Source: Bacteroidia bacterium
Lineage (GTDB): Bacteria; Bacteroidota; Bacteroidia; M30B66
Assembly (NCBI GenBank): GCA_965279035.1
Contig: OZ257142.1
Location: forward strand, 1,952,001-2,016,000
DNA length: 64,000 nucleotides
Direction of reading: 5' to 3'
The notes beneath the pieces are model-generated. The model saw nothing but the letters and a program-made list of their open reading frames with translations, did no database searches and was not told the DNA's origin. Below, piece after piece: positions 59,248-64,000 of this stretch. Each line of letters begins with the position of its first letter. Positions within the stretch are counted from its first letter, which is position 1. The translations under genes were made by a program, and so were the position numbers.

Positions 59248-61659
59248 TTTAATTTTAATTCAAACTCAATAAATGTTGTTTTAGATTCAATTCCTACCGG
59301 ATTCATATTGGGAACCCCTTTTGAGCATTCCTCTCAAAATCTAATTATTTTATCAGGAACAGGGAATCATTATTATGGTGGAGAATTGCACACATTTAAT
59401 CCTGAAAACCTAAGCGATTCGTTTATTCCACTTCATTTTAAATCTGAAGGAGCTCGACCTATTGGACCCTTGTGTTTAGCGTCGGATGGAAATTATTATG
59501 GATTATGCAGCATAGGTGCATTTCCTGAAGACAATTTAGGTTATGGTGCAGGTTTTAAATACAATCCTAGCAATCATTCCTATACACGATTATTTACGTT
59601 TGAAGGGACTGTTGTTAGAAGCGCAACTGGGATATTTACAGAAGGGGATACTGGTAAATTGTATGTACTAGTTGTAGGATCTCAAGGTGGTAGACCAAGA
59701 ATTATTCAATATGACATTAATACTGATGAATTGACTGTTGTTGTGAATTTCACAAATCTAGATGGGGATATTCCTTCCAATGGTTTGTTGAAAGCGAGTA
59801 ATGGTAAATTATACGGAACAACTACAAATGGTGGAGGAGGTGGAAGTATAGGAACCCTCTTCGAATTTGATCCAGCAACTTTGCAGTTTTCTACTCGATA
59901 TCGATTTAATAATCAAGCAATAGGTGCACAACCTTATGGCACTCTTATACAAGTGGCTCCAGATAAATTGATTGGTACAACTTTGTCGGGTGGTTTTACT
60001 ATTTCCGGGACTATTTATGAATTCACTATATCGACTGGAGTTGTTGTTTTAAAACAAACATTTAATTCAAGCAATGGGGCTAAACCATATGGTGGTTTAA
60101 TAGATGGAGGAGATGGTTTATTATACGGAACAACTTCCGAAGGAGGAACTGAAAATGAAGGAACAATTTACAGTTATAATTTCGTGAATAATACAATACA
60201 AACACTTGCAAGTTTTGGTTCTTTTGATCTCAATCATCCTTATTGTAATTTGACGATAGCATCTGATGGTTGGTTGTATGGTGTGACGAATGGAAATAAT
60301 GTTCGTGGTGGATTATTTCGATATAGCCCATCAAATCAACAATTGGAATTAATTCGTCAGTTTCGCAATAACGAAGGGTATGGAGCTATTTACAACCATC
60401 AATTACAAGAATTAAATGGAGTTTTAACTACTAATTCTATTCCTACAACACTTTGTTATGGTAGTTCTTTTTATGTGAAATTTGCTTGTAGTTCTTCCTT
60501 TCCAACAGATCATGTTTTCTCTGCAGAACTGAGTGATTCAAATGGAAGTTTTATTAATCCTTTGATCATTGGAAGTGTAGTTTCATCAACTGCCGATTCG
60601 GTTCTCGTTACAATTCCAAGTTCAATTCCATTGGGGATTGGATATCGCATTCGAGTTCGTGCTGAAGATGATTCAATGCTTAGTATTGATAATGGTTTCG
60701 ATATTACCATAGGCACTCCTGTTTTGGGAAGTGTAAATTTAGATTTGATAAATCAGGAGCCTATTTGTGCTGGAGAAGAACTACAATTCCAAGCATATAT
60801 CAGTGGTTTTACTAATTCGTGTCAATGGTTTTTGAACGATGTAGCATTTTTCAATTCTGGATTGTCGTTTATTAGTAATTCCTTAGTTCAAGGTGATGTT
60901 ATTTCGGTAAAACTTAATCCAGGTACAGGCTGTTTTACACAAACTCAATATGTGTCAAATTCCATTTATGTTGATTATTTTTCGAATGCTCTTCCAAGCG
61001 TGGACTTAGTAGTACCAACAAGCTTTTGCGAAGGATCAATTATCGATATTAATACCAATGATTATGCTTCTGGAAATTTGCCTACTTACAATTGGTACCT
61101 AAATGGACAACAACAAATCATAAGTAATTCAATGATCTCTATCCCATTGTCGATTGAATTAAATAATCAAACACTTTGGGTTGAAATGACTTCTTCTTTA
61201 ACTTGTGTAAGTCAATCGTCAGTATTTAGTGATACACTTGTGTTTGATATTCATGAGATTGATCAAACAGATGTATATGTAAATTTAGTATCGGGCGATA
61301 GTGTATTTGTAGGAGGCGCTTGGCAATATGAGGCTGGAACGTATACAGACATTTTAACGAATACATTTGGATGCGATAGTATTATTCAAACGTATGTGGA
61401 TATTATTTTGGATGATGGAAATCTAACTAATTCTAATGATTGGATTTTTCATTCCAATATAGAATGGGGAACAATACAATTTGGTTTATTAAATTCGATA
61501 GAATTCAATTGGGCACTTTATGATATTCTAGGTCGAAAGGTAAAAGCCGGAACATCCAATTCTTTAGTTGAATTGCATGTTGAAGATTTAACTTCAGGTG
61601 TGTATGTTTTGAGAATTGATTCAGGGATAAGAAATCACACTCAAAAATGGATAAAATAA
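59248..61659 (+). pseudogene. 3' part of the interrupted GloVer-repeat T9SS protein
   Basis: Frame is open from 59248 (FNFNSNSINVVLDSIPTGFI) into ORF 59308; no signal peptide; same repeats, Ig-like domains and CTD (LYDILGRKV...SGVYVLRI...QKWIK). Confidence 0.88.
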
Positions 61660-61682
61660 ATGATAATTAATTCAATTAATTT

Positions 61683-61716
61683 AAAAAAGCCATTAATTCT
61701 AATTAGTGGCTTTTTT
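61683..61716. terminator. Bidirectional intrinsic terminator
   Basis: AAAAAAGCCATTAATT-ct-AATTAGTGGCTTTTTT between convergent genes. Confidence 0.85.
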
Positions 61717-61718
61717 AA

Positions 61719-61907
61719 TTAACGTTGGCAGGAATTTCCTCCACATCCTGTATTACTAATGCCTTGCCAGAGAAAGAAGGCTCCAATTAATCCATACATT
61801 AAATTAGATGTTGTTACTCCTTCCATGAATGCAGATATCCCAATTACAATTCTTAGTATCCTTAACAGATGCCAGTTGTGTAATAATCCATTTAAAATAG
61901 CATTCAT
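61719..61907 (-). CDS. Small 2-TM protein (YgaP/DUF2892-like)
   Basis: WHLLRILRIVIG, two TM segments, GCGGNSC tail; overlaps the upstream rhodanese stop. Confidence 0.7.
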   Translation of the reverse strand: MNAILNGLLHNWHLLRILRIVIGISAFMEGVTTSNLMYGLIGAFFLWQGISNTGCGGNSCQR

Positions 61908-62212
61908 CTTATTTTATTCAATAATGAATTCCATGGTCCACCATTAAATGCTGTAATTCCATTGGCAGATAATTGACTTTTAGCAGCACTACTTCTTGCT
62001 CCACTTCGACAAACCGTAATGACTGTTTTATTTTTCTTTTTTAATTCTTCCATTTTCGTTCGAATAGAATCAAGTGGAATATTTAATGAGCCAGGAATAT
62101 GTCCAGATTTATATTCAGCCACTGAACGAACATCAACGATAATGGCACCTTCTGAAACCAGTTGCTTAAAGTCGGTTGGCTCTCCGAACATTTTTTTGAG
62201 AAACGAAAACAT
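61904..62212 (-). CDS. Rhodanese-like sulfurtransferase
   Basis: IVDVRSVAEYKSGHIPGSLNIP, CRSGARS. Confidence 0.92.
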   Translation of the reverse strand: MFSFLKKMFGEPTDFKQLVSEGAIIVDVRSVAEYKSGHIPGSLNIPLDSIRTKMEELKKKNKTVITVCRSGARSSAAKSQLSANGITAFNGGPWNSLLNKIR

Positions 62213-62215
62213 AGT

Positions 62216-62497
62216 TTATTGGATTTCAAATTGAATATCGTAAATACTACCAGCATTGTAAACTTCATTTATGCCTTCGCGCATAAGAATGCTACAAGCT
62301 AATGCGCTTCTTGCTCCACTGCGACAAAATACAATAAGAGGTTTGCTGAGTTGTTTTACTTCATCTATACGATGCTCTAATTGGTCTACAGGAATATTAA
62401 TTGATTGAGGAATCTGTTCAGACATAAATTCCATGGGGCTGCGAACATCGAGTAAAGTTCTGCCTTGAGTTTGGAGTAATTCAGTGATTGAATTCAT
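62216..62497 (-). CDS. Rhodanese-like sulfurtransferase
   Basis: LLDVRSPMEF, SINIP, FCRSGARS. Confidence 0.92.
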   Translation of the reverse strand: MNSITELLQTQGRTLLDVRSPMEFMSEQIPQSINIPVDQLEHRIDEVKQLSKPLIVFCRSGARSALACSILMREGINEVYNAGSIYDIQFEIQ

Positions 62498-62544
62498 AAA
62501 AAGATTTATTGGGACAAATTTGAGTTAGTCCAACTTCATCTATC

Positions 62545-62558
62545 GTGACATGTATCAC
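62545..62558. promoter_or_regulatory. CRP/FNR-type operator GTGA-N6-TCAC
   Basis: GTGAcatgtaTCAC about 48 nt upstream of the rhodanese operon, next to a Crp/Fnr gene. Confidence 0.6.
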
Positions 62559-63208
62559 TATTCGATTAATTTATCTAGATTAACTAATTCTATATGGTCT
62601 TTCCTAGAAATAACAACTCCTTTCTCATTCAATTTTTTTAATAATCTAGAGATTACTTCACGTGAGGAATTTAATTCTTGGGCTATTTCTGTGATGGATA
62701 TTTTTACAAGATTTGTTTTATGCATGTCCTTGTATCTTTTTAAATAATAAATTAATCGTTGATCCATATTTCTAAAAGCAACATGGTCTAATGTTTTAAG
62801 CACTTCATCAAAACGTGATCTATAATTTTCTAAAACGAAATAATACCACGTTTTATATTTACTCATCCATTCATCCATGTATTTTAAGGGAATAGTCAGT
62901 AAGGTAACTTCAGTTTCGGCTTTTGCCATCAATTGACTAACTTGAAAACGTGCTGCGCAAATCATGGATAGTGCACATGCTTGTCCACTTTCGAGGTAAT
63001 ACATAAAGAATTCATTTCCATCATCATCTTCTCGATACACTTTTACACTTCCATCCATAACCAGCATAACATTTTTAAAATGCTGTCCAGTTTTCATTAA
63101 GATTTCGCCGGAAGAAACATGCTTTATCACAGCAACGGTACTGATTTGATGATTAAGTTCTATTTCAAATGAAGGGAAAATTGTATGGATTTTTTCTGTT
63201 GGATTCAT
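62558..63208 (-). CDS. Crp/Fnr family transcriptional regulator
   Basis: cNMP-fold GSVKVYRE...YYLESGQAC; HTH EIAQELNSSREVISRLLK. Confidence 0.93.
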   Translation of the reverse strand: MNPTEKIHTIFPSFEIELNHQISTVAVIKHVSSGEILMKTGQHFKNVMLVMDGSVKVYREDDDGNEFFMYYLESGQACALSMICAARFQVSQLMAKAETEVTLLTIPLKYMDEWMSKYKTWYYFVLENYRSRFDEVLKTLDHVAFRNMDQRLIYYLKRYKDMHKTNLVKISITEIAQELNSSREVISRLLKKLNEKGVVISRKDHIELVNLDKLIE

Positions 63209-63275
63209 ACTGCAAATTCAATAAAAATTCCCGAAATCAACGAAGGCATTTATATTCGTATTTTAATTTCAAATT

Positions 63276-63983
63276 ATGACAAGCCAAGAAGTAATGCAGC
63301 AGCTCGAATCGATGGGGACTGCGCAAATCAAAAACATCCATATCAATCATGGTGCTCCGGCCGATAAAATGTTTGGGGTGAAAGTAAGTGATATGAAAAA
63401 GCTACTGAAACCTCTCAAAGGTCAACAGGAAGTGGCAATGGAATTATTCGATACCGGAAATTCTGATGCGATGTATTTAGCAGCGTTGCTGGCTGATGGA
63501 AAGAAAATGAATCGAGAACAATTGCAACATTGGGCTGAACATGCTAGCTGGTATATGATTAGCGAATATTCAGTGCCTTGGGTAACTTCCGAAAGTCCTT
63601 TTGCTGTTGAACTAGCCTTGAAATGGATTGATGACTCGCGTGAAATGGTCGCATCAGCAGGTTGGTCAACGCTTTCTTGTTGGCTATCCATTACTCCAGA
63701 TGATCAAATTGATCGAAGCTTTTTATTAGATTTATTAAATCGGATAGAAAAGGAAATTCCTCAAAAAGCCAATCGTGTTCGTTATACAATGAATGTGTTT
63801 GTAATCAGTGTTGGAGGATACGTTCGTGATTTAAGCAATGAAGCGATGCTGACAGCTAAACGTATAGGGAAAATTGATGTTTATCTAGGAAATACAGCAT
63901 GCAAAGTTCCAGATGCTGTTGAATACATTCAAAAAATGATCAATCACGGACCAGTGAAAAAGAAAAAGACAGCGAAGTGTTAG
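63276..63983 (+). CDS. DNA alkylation repair protein (AlkD-like HEAT repeat)
   Basis: FGVKVSD, LFDTGNSDAMYLA, NRVRYTMN, TACKVPDA. Confidence 0.85.
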   Translation: MTSQEVMQQLESMGTAQIKNIHINHGAPADKMFGVKVSDMKKLLKPLKGQQEVAMELFDTGNSDAMYLAALLADGKKMNREQLQHWAEHASWYMISEYSVPWVTSESPFAVELALKWIDDSREMVASAGWSTLSCWLSITPDDQIDRSFLLDLLNRIEKEIPQKANRVRYTMNVFVISVGGYVRDLSNEAMLTAKRIGKIDVYLGNTACKVPDAVEYIQKMINHGPVKKKKTAKC

Positions 63984-64000
63984 AGATTAATTCACTTTAA

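Noticed and set aside
59226-59253. dif/pdif-like XerCD site at the right end of the insert (GGTTCAGATAA-N6-AGTCATTTAAT)
   Set aside because: The XerC-like half is plausible, but the XerD half matches TTATGTTAAAT poorly and the left copy lacks ATAA; TIR plus target duplication fits better.

Overview
AT-rich bacterial chromosome segment, almost certainly Bacteroidota: six proteins end in T9SS type-A sorting-domain-like tails, several TAnnTTTG (-7) promoter motifs are present, and gene leaders are A-rich without Shine-Dalgarno sites. Housekeeping genes (gatB, alaS, truA, tyrS, dinB, dgt) alternate with secreted/surface proteins (M1 peptidase, tandem PKD/Ig-repeat paralogues, delta-60 and Gloeo_Verruco repeat proteins, alpha-2-macroglobulin). 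The most striking feature is a 671-bp element (58577-59247) with 22-bp terminal inverted repeats and a TTTAAT direct repeat on both flanks. It has no transposase, carries two convergent small unknown genes (one frameshifted), and splits a ~1160-aa secreted repeat-protein gene whose frame is restored by removing it. Other leads: an uncharacterised peptide-ligase cluster (ATP-grasp, YbdK-like ligase, class I GATase, second ATP-grasp-like ligase, esterase), a candidate structured ncRNA at ~55.4-55.6 kb, an unannotated 26-aa cationic sORF, an orphan BchE-like radical SAM enzyme, and a CRP-type box upstream of a rhodanese operon. All product calls come from motif recognition by eye; no database searches were run. 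No rRNA, tRNA or CRISPR array was seen.
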